DNA of 32,000 nucleotides from Mycolicibacterium smegmatis (GTDB lineage Bacteria; Actinomycetota; Actinomycetes; Mycobacteriales; Mycobacteriaceae): NCBI RefSeq assembly GCF_001457595.1, contig NZ_LN831039.1, positions 6,060,001 to 6,092,000 of the forward strand, read 5' to 3'. Shown piece by piece: positions 19,613 to 27,990 of this stretch (position 1 is its first letter; each line of letters starts with the position of its first letter). The notes under the pieces were generated by a model. It saw only the letters and a program-made list of their open reading frames with translations, ran no database searches and was not told where the DNA came from. The position numbers and the translations under genes were made by a program.

Positions 19613-20761
19613 CTAGAGGCGCTCGATGATGGTGACGTTCGCGGTGCCGCCACCCTCGCACATGGTCTGCAGGCCGTAGCGGCCGCCGGTGCGCTCGAGG
19701 GTGTTGAGCATGGTGGCGAACAGCTTGGCACCGGTCGCGCCGAGCGGGTGACCGAGCGCGATCGCGCCGCCGTTGGGGTTGACCTTCTCCGGATCGGCCT
19801 TGAGGTCCTTGATCCAGGCGAGGACGACGGGCGCGAACGCCTCGTTGATCTCGACGGTGTCGATGTCGTCGATCGACAGGCCGGTCTTCTTGAGCGCGTA
19901 CTCCGTCGCGGGGATCGGGCCCGTGAGCATCATGACCGGATCGGCGCCGCGGGCGCTGATGTGGTGGATGCGGGCGCGCGGCTTGAGGTTGTGCTCCTTG
20001 ACGGCCTGCTCGGAGGCCAGCAGCACCGCGCTTGCGCCGTCGGAGATCTGGCTGGCGAGCGCCGCGGTGAGACGGCCACCCTCGACGAGCGGCTGCAGTG
20101 CGGCCATCTTCTCCAGCGTGGTCTCGCGCGGCCCCTCGTCGACACCGAAGTCACCGACCGGCACGATCTCGTTGTCGAAGTGCCCGGCACGGATTGCCGC
20201 GAACGCACGCTGATGGCTGGACAGCGCGAACTGCTCCATCTCCTCGCGGGAGATGTCCCAGCGCTCGGCGATGAGTTCCGAACCGCGGAACTGCGAGATC
20301 TCCTGATCGCCGTAGCGGTGCCGCCAGTACTCGGATTCGGCTGTGGGCGTGCTGAATCCGAGTTCCTTGCCGACGATCATGGCCGACGAGATGGGCACCC
20401 AGCTCATGTTCTGCATGCCACCGGCGAGGATGATGTCCGCGGTGCCCGACATGATCGCCTGCGCACCAAAGGAAATGGCCTGCTGGCTGGAGCCGCACTG
20501 CCGGTCGACGGTGACGCCGGGGACCTCTTCGGGGTAGCCCGCGGCCAGCCACGCGTTGCGGCCGATGTTGCCCGCCTGCCCACCGATGGCGTCGACACAG
20601 CCGACGATGACGTCGTCGACCGCACCCGGATCCACGTCGACGCGATCGAAGATGCTGCGGAACACGTGCACGCCGAGATCGATCGGATGCACTTGAGCCA
20701 GCGACCCGTTCTTCTTTCCGACGGGGGTGCGTACGGCATCGATGATGTACGCCTCAGGCAT
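19613..20761 (-). CDS. fadA6: Thiolase FadA6 (HIP pathway)
   Basis: The ATG at 20761 (MPEAYIIDAVRTPVGKKNGSL) is preceded by AAGGAG. Product is 382 aa. Thiolase motifs [30 protein letters not shown] and MCEGGG are present. The upstream 101 codons in the ORF track lie inside kstR2. Confidence 0.93.
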   Translation of the reverse strand: MPEAYIIDAVRTPVGKKNGSLAQVHPIDLGVHVFRSIFDRVDVDPGAVDDVIVGCVDAIGGQAGNIGRNAWLAAGYPEEVPGVTVDRQCGSSQQAISFGAQAIMSGTADIILAGGMQNMSWVPISSAMIVGKELGFSTPTAESEYWRHRYGDQEISQFRGSELIAERWDISREEMEQFALSSHQRAFAAIRAGHFDNEIVPVGDFGVDEGPRETTLEKMAALQPLVEGGRLTAALASQISDGASAVLLASEQAVKEHNLKPRARIHHISARGADPVMMLTGPIPATEYALKKTGLSIDDIDTVEINEAFAPVVLAWIKDLKADPEKVNPNGGAIALGHPLGATGAKLFATMLNTLERTGGRYGLQTMCEGGGTANVTIIERL

Positions 20762-21371
20762 GTTTATCTCCTTGTGACTGCGTGATTCCGCCGAGAACGA
20801 TGGCGAGGTACTGCTGGCCGACCTGTTCGGCCGAAAGGGGCCCGCCCGGTTTGTACCAGCGAACCGAAACCCATGTGGTGTCCCGGATGAACCGGTAGAC
20901 CAGGTCGACATCGAGGTCGGGACGGAACGAGCCGTCGGCGACGCCCTCCTGCAAGATGTCGACCCACATCTTGCGCTGCTCTTTGTTGCGCGTCTCGACG
21001 AAGTCGAACTGCGGCAGGTCCGAGAGCCGCTTGGCCTCGTCCTGGTAGATGACCACCTGGGCATGCCGGTGCTCGATGGCCTCGAACGACGCCATGAACA
21101 GGCCCGTCAGCTTCTCCAGCGGGCTGGTCGCGGTGTCGAGGATCTGCTGGTAGCGGCCGAACAGCCAGTCCAGGAAGTCCCGCAGGACCTCTTCGACCAT
21201 CTGCTCTTTGGACTTGAAATGGTGGTACAGGCTGCCCGAGAGAATGCCTGCGGAGTCGGCGATGTCGCGGACCGTCGTGGCCTTGAGGCCGCGGTCGGCG
21301 AACATGGTGGCGGCGAGCTGCAGCAGCTCATCGCGTCTGCTAGCCGGCTGGCTGGGCGTATCCGGCGCCAT
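20754..21371 (-). CDS. kstR2: TetR-family repressor KstR2
   Basis: The ATG at 21371 gives MAPDTPSQPASRRDELLQLAATMFADRGLKATTVRDIADSAGILSGSLYHHFKSKEQMV. From recollection this is nearly identical in pattern to Mtb KstR2 (Rv3557c). It overlaps the fadA6 start by 8 nt. The GTG at 21395 would fall inside the operator. Confidence 0.93.
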   Translation of the reverse strand: MAPDTPSQPASRRDELLQLAATMFADRGLKATTVRDIADSAGILSGSLYHHFKSKEQMVEEVLRDFLDWLFGRYQQILDTATSPLEKLTGLFMASFEAIEHRHAQVVIYQDEAKRLSDLPQFDFVETRNKEQRKMWVDILQEGVADGSFRPDLDVDLVYRFIRDTTWVSVRWYKPGGPLSAEQVGQQYLAIVLGGITQSQGDKHA

Positions 21372-21377
21372 TGACCC

Positions 21378-21383
21378 AGCATA
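21378..21383 (-). promoter_or_regulatory. Candidate -10 hexamer (leaderless kstR2)
   Basis: The minus strand reads TATGCT-gggtca-ATG. The KstR2 operator begins 3 nt upstream, which is consistent with autoregulation. Confidence 0.5.
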
Positions 21384-21386
21384 CCA

Positions 21387-21400
21387 ACCAAGCACTTGCT
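21387..21400. promoter_or_regulatory. KstR2 operator (kstR2 autoregulatory)
   Basis: accaagcacttgct is a perfect match to AnCAAGnnCTTGnT. Confidence 0.85.
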
Positions 21401-21404
21401 AGGT

Positions 21405-21492
21405 CACGTCGGGCGGGAGATGCCACCACGCGCCGAGATCGCATCCAGGGACAAAAAATCGCCGGGACGTGTCCCTCAGTGCAGTCTCGGCG
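21405..21492. repeat. Structured repeat element, copy 1
   Basis: cacgtcgggcgggaga + 9-nt variable segment + 63-nt hairpin-forming core (21430-21492). It is a direct repeat of 22216-22300; the core differs at 3 of 63 positions. Confidence 0.85.
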
Positions 21493-21598
21493 TCGCACGC
21501 ACTACCCTCGCGAGGTGAGACCCAGTACCTCACCCCACCTCACAGGTAGCCTGCTCGACAACGGGAGCGCACCCGATGACGAGACGCTGGAGTAGCCC

Positions 21599-22204
21599 GT
21601 GAGCAGTGTCCCTTTCATCGCCGCCCTCGGCGGGTTGGCCGCTATGGCCTTGGCTCCGCGCCGCGACGTACGAGTTGGACGCACAGTGTTTTGGGCCGGT
21701 GGGTTACTGACGTGCGTTTCGGCGTACTTCATCGCGGACCCGCAGGGCGTGCAAGCCGGATTCGGCGCATCGGCACTTGTTCTCGCGGTAGTTCTTTTCG
21801 TTGCGTATGTGCACACGCCGTTCCTGAACATTCGCCGACGCCGCATCTCCTTCTACAGTGAGGAGAGCGGACCTTACGGCGGCTATGTCACGGTCGCAAA
21901 GTCCTGGTGGCGCTTGGTCGGAACTGTCGCGGTTCTCGCCATTGGCGCAGTGTCGTTCGCCCTCAGCACTGGTGCCGTATGGCCGAGCGGTGTCGCAGCA
22001 TTCGTCGTCATCACGATCGGCTCGATCTTCGGCTACCGCGACAGCGTGTCAGGCAACGCGGTCTCGGGCGGCCAGCGACTTCAGTTCGTCCTCGTCACAG
22101 TTTTCACGCTCGGCGTTTTCGCGGTTTCCTACCTCGCCGTTTACCACGGAAGTCGCGTCTGGCTTTCCGATCAGCGATCGTACGGCCGTCACACGAGGGA
22201 CTGA
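21599..22204 (+). CDS. Hypothetical polytopic membrane protein (about 6 TM) with atypical codon usage
   Basis: 201 aa. GTG start with GGAG 6 nt upstream. Hydrophobic helices are separated by short basic loops (RRDVRVGR, NIRRRR). A/T-ending codons (GTT, GCA, GGA, CTT, GTA, TTA, ATT, ACT) are visibly more common than in the neighbouring genes. Confidence 0.6.
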   Translation: MSSVPFIAALGGLAAMALAPRRDVRVGRTVFWAGGLLTCVSAYFIADPQGVQAGFGASALVLAVVLFVAYVHTPFLNIRRRRISFYSEESGPYGGYVTVAKSWWRLVGTVAVLAIGAVSFALSTGAVWPSGVAAFVVITIGSIFGYRDSVSGNAVSGGQRLQFVLVTVFTLGVFAVSYLAVYHGSRVWLSDQRSYGRHTRD

Positions 22205-22215
22205 CCTGGCCAAGC

Positions 22216-22300
22216 CACGTCGGGCGGGAGACTTCGCGCGCCGAGATTGCATCCAGGGACAAAAAATCGCCCGGACGTGTCCCTCAGTGCAATCTCGGCG
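22216..22300. repeat. Structured repeat element, copy 2 (also a bidirectional terminator candidate)
   Basis: cacgtcgggcgggaga + 6-nt variable segment + 63-nt core (22238-22300). The core folds as a 13-bp perfect stem (cgccgagattgca / tgcaatctcggcg), a 3x3 internal loop, a 7-bp stem (agggaca / tgtccct) and a 16-nt loop. It lies between the convergent membrane-protein and ipdF genes. Confidence 0.85.
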
Positions 22301-22329
22301 CGTCAAACGACAGCGGCACAGCCTGCAGA

Positions 22330-23118
22330 TCAGGCCCGCTGGCTGGACACCGAGACGACCTCTCCGGTCATGTAACTGGAGTAGTCACTCGCGAGGAAGG
22401 CGATGGTCGCCGCGACTTCCCACGGTTCGGCCGCGCGGCCGAACGCCTCGTCACTGGCCAGGCGGTCCAGCAGTTCCGAGGACGACGTCTTCTCCAGGAA
22501 CTTGTGCCGCGCGATGCTCGGCGACACGGCGTTGATGCGTACGCCGAACTCGACGGCCTCGATCGCGCTGCAGCGCGTCAGGGCCATGACACCGGCTTTC
22601 GCGGCCGCGTAGTGCGACTGCGAATGCTGTGCGCGCCAACCCAGCACGCTCGCGTTGTTGACGATGACACCGCCGTGGTCGACGCCGCGGAAGTACCGCA
22701 ACGCGGCCCGCGTGGCGCGCATGACCGAGGTGAGCGTGACGTTGAGGACGCGGTCCCACTCCTCGTCTGTCATGTCGACGACGGGTGTCTGCCCGCCCAG
22801 GCCGGCGTTGTTGACCAGCACATCCAGCCGTCCGGCCTTCTCGACGGTCTGGGTGATCAGCGCATCGACGGCCTCGGTGGAGGTCACGTCACACACGACG
22901 GCTTCGACACGTCCCAGGCCCAGGTCGGCCAGCTGATCGCGGGTCTCCCCCAGCCTGCGCTCGTGGTAGTCGGAGATCACCACGTCGGCACCCTCGAGCA
23001 GCGCACGCCGCGCGGTGGTCGAGCCGATGCCGGTACCGGCGGCGGCGGTCACCAGGACCACCTTGCCCTTCAGAAGACCGTGCCCGTCAATCTCTTTCGG
23101 GGCCTCCGACAGATTCAT
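22330..23118 (-). CDS. ipdF: Short-chain dehydrogenase/reductase IpdF (Rv3559c-like)
   Basis: The ATG at 23118 (MNLSEAPKEIDGHGLLKGKVVLVTAAAGTGIGS) forms an ATGA overlap with the fadE30 stop. Product is 262 aa. NNAG and YAAAKAG motifs are present. Confidence 0.9.
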   Translation of the reverse strand: MNLSEAPKEIDGHGLLKGKVVLVTAAAGTGIGSTTARRALLEGADVVISDYHERRLGETRDQLADLGLGRVEAVVCDVTSTEAVDALITQTVEKAGRLDVLVNNAGLGGQTPVVDMTDEEWDRVLNVTLTSVMRATRAALRYFRGVDHGGVIVNNASVLGWRAQHSQSHYAAAKAGVMALTRCSAIEAVEFGVRINAVSPSIARHKFLEKTSSSELLDRLASDEAFGRAAEPWEVAATIAFLASDYSSYMTGEVVSVSSQRA

Positions 23119-24293
23119 CCCTTGACCTCTCGGGGTAGGCCGAGCACGCGCTCGGCGATGATGTTGCGCTGAATCTCGTTGGACCCGCCGTAGATGGTGT
23201 CCGCGCGGGAGAACAGGTAGAGCCGCTGCCACTCGTCGAACTCGCCGTTCTCGAGCGTGAGCCCGGCCATGCCCTGCACGTCCATGGCGATCTCGCCGAG
23301 TTCTCGATGCCAGTTGGCCCACAACAGCTTCGACACGTTGTCCTGCCCGGGCTGTTCCACATCCATGGTGGCCAGCGCATACGACCGCATGGCCTGCAGC
23401 CCGGTCCAGGATTGCACCAGCCGCTCGCGGATCAGCGGATCGTCGGCCGCGCCGGTGCGCTTGGCCAATTCGACCAGGTTGGAATGCTCGCGGGCATAAC
23501 GGATCTGCTGCCCGAGCGTGGACACGCCGCGCTCGAAGGTCAGCGTGCCCATCGCGACGCGCCAGCCGTCACCGGGCTGACCCACCACGAGGCCCGCCTC
23601 GGTGCGCGCGTCGTCGAAGAACACCTCGTTGAACTCGGAATCGCCGGTGAGCTGGTTGATGGGCCGGATCTCGACGCCGGGCTGATCGAGCGGCACCAAC
23701 AGATAGGACAACCCCGCGTGACGCTTGGAGCCCTTCTCGGTGCGGGCCACCACAAAGCACCACTGCGCCCAGTGCGCGAGCGACGTCCACACCTTCTGGC
23801 CGTTGATCACCCAGTACTGATTCCCCGTCGCTCCGCTCGCCTCAGCGTCGCCGACCAGCTCGGCCGTGGTCGACACGTTCGCCAGATCACTGCCCGCGTT
23901 GGGCTCGGAGTAACCCTGGCACCACAGCTCGGTGACGTCGAGGATCTTCGGGAGGAAGCGTTTCTGCTGCTCGGGGGTGCCGTACTCGATCAGCGTGGGA
24001 CCGAGCAGCTCCTCACCGAAGTGGTTGACCTTGTCCGGCGCGTTGGCGCGGGCGTACTCCTCATAGAACGCGACGCGGTGCGCAACCGAAAGCCCGCGGC
24101 CCCCGTGCTCGACGGGCCAGCCGAGGCAGGTCAGACCTGCCGCCGCCAGATGCTGATTCCACGCACGACGTTCCTCGAATGCCTCATGCTCCCGCCCGGG
24201 GCCGCCGAGTCCTTTGAGCGCGGCGAAATCGCCGACGAGATTGTCTGCGAGCCACTGCCGGACCTCGGCCCGGAACTCCTGGACCTCTATCAC
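23115..24293 (-). CDS. fadE30: Acyl-CoA dehydrogenase FadE30 (IpdE1, catalytic subunit)
   Basis: 392 aa. GTG start at 24293 with TAGCCT 6 nt upstream (leaderless geometry). ACAD motifs are present, including the C-terminal IYGGSNEIQRNIIAERVLGLPRE (catalytic Glu). Confidence 0.93.
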   Translation of the reverse strand: MIEVQEFRAEVRQWLADNLVGDFAALKGLGGPGREHEAFEERRAWNQHLAAAGLTCLGWPVEHGGRGLSVAHRVAFYEEYARANAPDKVNHFGEELLGPTLIEYGTPEQQKRFLPKILDVTELWCQGYSEPNAGSDLANVSTTAELVGDAEASGATGNQYWVINGQKVWTSLAHWAQWCFVVARTEKGSKRHAGLSYLLVPLDQPGVEIRPINQLTGDSEFNEVFFDDARTEAGLVVGQPGDGWRVAMGTLTFERGVSTLGQQIRYAREHSNLVELAKRTGAADDPLIRERLVQSWTGLQAMRSYALATMDVEQPGQDNVSKLLWANWHRELGEIAMDVQGMAGLTLENGEFDEWQRLYLFSRADTIYGGSNEIQRNIIAERVLGLPREVKG

Positions 24294-24299
24294 CCTTGT

Positions 24300-24305
24300 A
24301 GGCTA
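24300..24305 (-). promoter_or_regulatory. Candidate -10 hexamer (leaderless fadE30-ipdF operon)
   Basis: The minus strand reads TAGCCT-acaagg-GTG. The KstR2 operator begins 4 nt upstream. Confidence 0.45.
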
Positions 24306-24309
24306 ACCT

Positions 24310-24323
24310 ACCAAGCACTTGCT
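24310..24323. promoter_or_regulatory. KstR2 operator (fadE30 / fadD3 divergent region)
   Basis: accaagcacttgct is identical to the kstR2-proximal box and a perfect match to AnCAAGnnCTTGnT. Confidence 0.85.
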
Positions 24324-24341
24324 TTGTTAGAGGAGCACCTG

Positions 24342-25895
24342 ATGACGAGCGCCGTTGGTCACGCGTGCAGCGACCGGGGGGTCAGAACCGTTCCAGCGGT
24401 GCTGGACCGGATCGCTGCGCAGTTCCCCGACCACGACGCCGTGGTCTGCCCCGATCGTCGGTTGACCTATGCGCAGTTGCGCGACGAGGTCCGCCGCGCG
24501 GCCGCGGCGATGATCACCCTGGGCGTCGAACCCGGCGATCGGATCGCCATCTGGTCGCCGAACACCTGGCACTGGGTGGTGGCGAGCCTGGCCACGCACT
24601 ATGCCGGCGGCGTCGTCGTCCCGCTGAACACGCGCTACACCGCGAGCGAGGCCACCGACATCCTCCTACGCACGGGCGCGCCATTGTTGATCGCGTCCGG
24701 CAAGTTCCTGGGCGCCGACAAGACAGCCGATCTGGACCGCGCCACGCTGCCCGCGCTGCGGCACATCGTGCGTGTGCCGATCGACGAAAACGACGGCACC
24801 TGGGACGAATTCATCGCGCGTGCCGACGACGCGACGCTGGCCGAGGTCGACGCCCGCGCTGCCGCGGTGTCGCCCGACGACGTCTCCGACATCCTGTTCA
24901 CCTCCGGCACCACGGGCCGCAGCAAGGGTGTGCGCTGTGCGCACCGGCAGTCGCTCGACGGTTCGGCGGCGTGGGCCGAATGCGGCCAGGTCAGCAGCAC
25001 CGACCGCTACCTGTGCATCAACCCGTTCTTCCACAACTTCGGGTACAAGGCCGGGATCCTGGCATGCCTGCAGACCGGCGCGACTCTCTACCCGATGCTG
25101 ACGTTCGACCCCGAGCAGACGATGAAAGCGGTTGCCGAGCACAAGATCACGGTGCTGCCGGGCCCGCCGACCATCTACCAGACACTGCTCGACCACCCGC
25201 GCCGCGGCGACTACGACCTGAGTTCGTTGCGGTTCGCGGTGACCGGCGCTGCCGTGGTTCCTGTGGTGCTCATCGAGCGCATGCAGTCCGAACTCGACAT
25301 CGACATCGTGCTCACCGCCTACGGGCTGACCGAGGCCGCCGGGTTCGGCACGATGTGCCGCCCCGACGACGACGCGGTCACCGTCGCCACCACGTGCGGC
25401 CGGCCGATCGCCGATTTCGAACTGCGCCTCGATGATTCGGGCGAGGTGCTTTTGCGCGGGCCCAACGTGATGCTCGGTTACCTCGACGACGAGGCGGCCA
25501 CAGCCGCGGCGATCGACGCCGACGGGTGGCTGCACACCGGTGACATCGGCAAGCTCGACGCCGCGGGCAACCTCACCATCACCGATCGGCTCAAGGACAT
25601 GTACATCTGCGGCGGGTTCAACGTGTACCCCGCCGAGATCGAGCAGGTCCTCGCGCGCCTGGACGGTGTGGCCGAGTCCGCGGTGATCGGTGTGCCCGAC
25701 GAACGCCTCGGCGAGGTGGGCAAGGCGTTCGTCGTCGCCAAACCCGGCGCACAATTGGACCAGGCCACCGTGATCGCCTATGCCCGTGAGCATCTGGCGA
25801 ACTTCAAGGTGCCACGATCGGTCGAGTTCCTGGACGCGCTGCCACGCAATCCGGGTGGGAAAGTGGTCAAGCCGGCCCTACGGGAGAAGGTGTGA
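24342..25895 (+). CDS. fadD3: HIP-CoA synthetase FadD3 (acyl-CoA ligase, ANL superfamily)
   Basis: The ATG at 24342 is preceded by GAGGAG with a 6-nt spacer. Product is 517 aa. The AMP-binding motif ILFTSGTTGRSKG, plus TGDIG and the C-terminal PRNPGGKVVK, are present. The upstream 345 codons of the 862-aa ORF are antisense to fadE30. Confidence 0.93.
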   Translation: MTSAVGHACSDRGVRTVPAVLDRIAAQFPDHDAVVCPDRRLTYAQLRDEVRRAAAAMITLGVEPGDRIAIWSPNTWHWVVASLATHYAGGVVVPLNTRYTASEATDILLRTGAPLLIASGKFLGADKTADLDRATLPALRHIVRVPIDENDGTWDEFIARADDATLAEVDARAAAVSPDDVSDILFTSGTTGRSKGVRCAHRQSLDGSAAWAECGQVSSTDRYLCINPFFHNFGYKAGILACLQTGATLYPMLTFDPEQTMKAVAEHKITVLPGPPTIYQTLLDHPRRGDYDLSSLRFAVTGAAVVPVVLIERMQSELDIDIVLTAYGLTEAAGFGTMCRPDDDAVTVATTCGRPIADFELRLDDSGEVLLRGPNVMLGYLDDEAATAAAIDADGWLHTGDIGKLDAAGNLTITDRLKDMYICGGFNVYPAEIEQVLARLDGVAESAVIGVPDERLGEVGKAFVVAKPGAQLDQATVIAYAREHLANFKVPRSVEFLDALPRNPGGKVVKPALREKV

Positions 25896-27037
25896 TGGAC
25901 CTGAAGTTCGACGAGGAGACCGAGGCCTTTCGGGCCGAGGTCCGCGAATTCCTCGCCGCCAACCGGGAGAATTTCCCGACGAAGTCGTACGACACCAAGG
26001 AAGGTTTCGAACAGCACCGCCGCTGGGACAAGGTGCTTTTCGACGCGGGCCTGTCGGTGATCGCGTGGCCGAAGAAATACGGCGGCCGCGACGCGACGCT
26101 GCTGCAATGGGTGGTGTTCGAGGAGGAGTACTTCCGCGCCGGCGCCCCCGGCCGCGCCAGCGCCAACGGCACCTCGATGCTCGCGCCGACGCTGTTCGCC
26201 CACGGCACCGAGGAACAACTCGACCGTGTGCTTCCGAAAATGGCCAGTGGCGAGGAGATCTGGGCCCAGGCCTGGTCGGAACCCGAATCCGGTAGCGACC
26301 TTGCGTCGCTGCGGTCGACGGCCACCAAGACCGACGGCGGCTGGCTGCTCAACGGGCAGAAGATCTGGAGCTCGCGTGCGGTGTTCGGCGAGCGCGGCTT
26401 CGGGTTGTTCCGGTCTGATCCCGAGGCGCAGCGCCACAAGGGCCTGACCTACTTCATGTTCGACCTCAAGGCCGAAGGCGTCACGGTGCGGCCGATCGCG
26501 CAGCTCGGCGGCGACACCGGGTTCGGCGAGATCTTCTTCGACGACGTGTTCGTGCCCGACAACGACGTGATCGGCGGGGTGCACGACGGCTGGCGGGCCG
26601 CGATGAGCACGTCAAGCAACGAGCGCGGCATGTCGCTGCGCAGCCCGGCGCGCTTCCTGGCCCCGGCCGAGCGCCTGGTCGAACGGTGGAAAGAAAACCC
26701 CGATCCGGCGTTCACCGATCGGGTCGCGGACGCGTGGATCAAGGCCCAGGCCTATCGGCTGCACACGTTCGGGACCGTCACGCGGCTGGCGAACGGTGGT
26801 GAGCTGGGCGCCGAATCGTCGGTGACCAAGGTGTTCTGGTCGGATCTCGACGTGGCGCTGCACCAGACCGCGCTGGACCTGGCGGGTGCCGACGGCGAGC
26901 TGGTGGGCAACTGGACCGACGGTCTGCTGTTCGCGCTGGGTGGTCCGATCTACGCGGGCACCAACGAGATCCAGCGCAACATCATCGCCGAACGGCTGCT
27001 TGGCCTGCCGCGCGAATCTGCGGGAAAGAGCAAATGA
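25895..27037 (+). CDS. fadE31: Acyl-CoA dehydrogenase FadE31 (catalytic alpha-type subunit)
   Basis: The ATG at 25895 overlaps the fadD3 TGA (TGATG); the GTG at 25892 is an alternative. Product is 380 aa, with C-terminal IYAGTNEIQRNIIAERLLGLPRE. Confidence 0.92.
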   Translation: MDLKFDEETEAFRAEVREFLAANRENFPTKSYDTKEGFEQHRRWDKVLFDAGLSVIAWPKKYGGRDATLLQWVVFEEEYFRAGAPGRASANGTSMLAPTLFAHGTEEQLDRVLPKMASGEEIWAQAWSEPESGSDLASLRSTATKTDGGWLLNGQKIWSSRAVFGERGFGLFRSDPEAQRHKGLTYFMFDLKAEGVTVRPIAQLGGDTGFGEIFFDDVFVPDNDVIGGVHDGWRAAMSTSSNERGMSLRSPARFLAPAERLVERWKENPDPAFTDRVADAWIKAQAYRLHTFGTVTRLANGGELGAESSVTKVFWSDLDVALHQTALDLAGADGELVGNWTDGLLFALGGPIYAGTNEIQRNIIAERLLGLPRESAGKSK

Positions 27038-27990
27038 ACTTCGAAACCGACGAACAGCAGCGGGATTTCGCCGCGAGCATCGACGCCGCGCTCGGCGCCG
27101 CCGACGTGCCCGCCGCGGTCCGCGCGTGGGGTGAGGGTGACACCGCGCCGGGCCGCAAGGTCTGGGCACAGCTGACCGATCTCGGGGTGACCGCGCTGCT
27201 GGTCCCCGAGAAGTTCGACGGCATCGAGGCCCACCCGACCGATCTGGTGGTCGCGCTCGAGCGGCTCGGCTACTGGGGTGTGCCCGGACCGGTCACCGAA
27301 TCCATCGCCGTCGCGCCCATTCTCCTGGCCGACGACGAGCGCTGCGGTGCGCTGGCCTCGGGTGAGCTGATCGCCACGGTGGCGCTGCCGCCGCAGGTGC
27401 CTCGCGCCGTCGACGCCGACACCGCGGGCCTGATCCTTCTGGCGCAGGACGGGCAGGTGCACGACGGCAGCGCGGGAGCAAGCCACGAATCCGTCGACCC
27501 CACGCGCAAGCTGTTCGACGTCGCGGCGTCCGGCGACGCCCGTACTGCCGACACCGCCACGGCCTACGAGTTCGGCGTGCTGGCCACGGCCGCCCAGTTG
27601 GTGGGTGCCGGTCAGGCGATGCTCGACCAGGCCGTCGAATATGCCAAGCAGCGCACGCAATTCGGCCGCGTCATCGGGTCCTACCAGGCCATCAAGCACA
27701 AGCTGGCCGATGTCCACATCGCCGTCGAATTGGCCCGCCCGCTGGTGTACGGCGCGGCGCTGTCGCTGGCCGACGGCTCATCTGACACCGCCCGCGACGT
27801 GAGCGCAGCCAAGGTGGCTGCCGCGGACGCGGCGCTACTGGCCGCCAGGTCGGCCCTGCAAACCCACGGCGCGATCGGGTTCACGCAGGAACACGACCTG
27901 TCGTTGTTGTTGCTGCGGGTGCAGGCTTTGCGCCCGGCTTGGGGGGATCCGGCGCTACACCGCCGCAGAGTACTGGAGGGCCTGTCGTGA
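27034..27990 (+). CDS. fadE32: ACAD-like non-catalytic beta-type subunit FadE32
   Basis: 318 aa. ATGA overlap with fadE31. It retains the ACAD C-terminal helical domain (QRTQFGRVIGSYQAIKHKLADV) but lacks the G-x-N-E-I-Q catalytic-base motif. Confidence 0.9.
   Translation: MNFETDEQQRDFAASIDAALGAADVPAAVRAWGEGDTAPGRKVWAQLTDLGVTALLVPEKFDGIEAHPTDLVVALERLGYWGVPGPVTESIAVAPILLADDERCGALASGELIATVALPPQVPRAVDADTAGLILLAQDGQVHDGSAGASHESVDPTRKLFDVAASGDARTADTATAYEFGVLATAAQLVGAGQAMLDQAVEYAKQRTQFGRVIGSYQAIKHKLADVHIAVELARPLVYGAALSLADGSSDTARDVSAAKVAAADAALLAARSALQTHGAIGFTQEHDLSLLLLRVQALRPAWGDPALHRRRVLEGLS

Noticed and set aside
19592-20785. 397-aa plus-strand ORF
   Set aside because: It is antisense to fadA6 (clear thiolase motifs).
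21405-22300. Possibility that the two structured repeats are a CRISPR array or MITE ends
   Set aside because: There are only two copies, 811 nt apart, in direct (not inverted) orientation, with a full-length ORF between them. I saw no cas genes and no terminal inverted repeats or target-site duplication.
21907-23172. 421-aa plus-strand ORF, plus the 225-aa ORF at 21858-22535
   Set aside because: They run through the membrane-protein gene out of frame, across repeat copy 2, and antisense to ipdF. The translation is Arg-rich junk.
24666-25793. 375-aa minus-strand ORF, plus the 356-aa plus-strand ORF at 24365-25435
   Set aside because: They are antisense or out of frame to fadD3, which carries the AMP-binding signature in the chosen frame.
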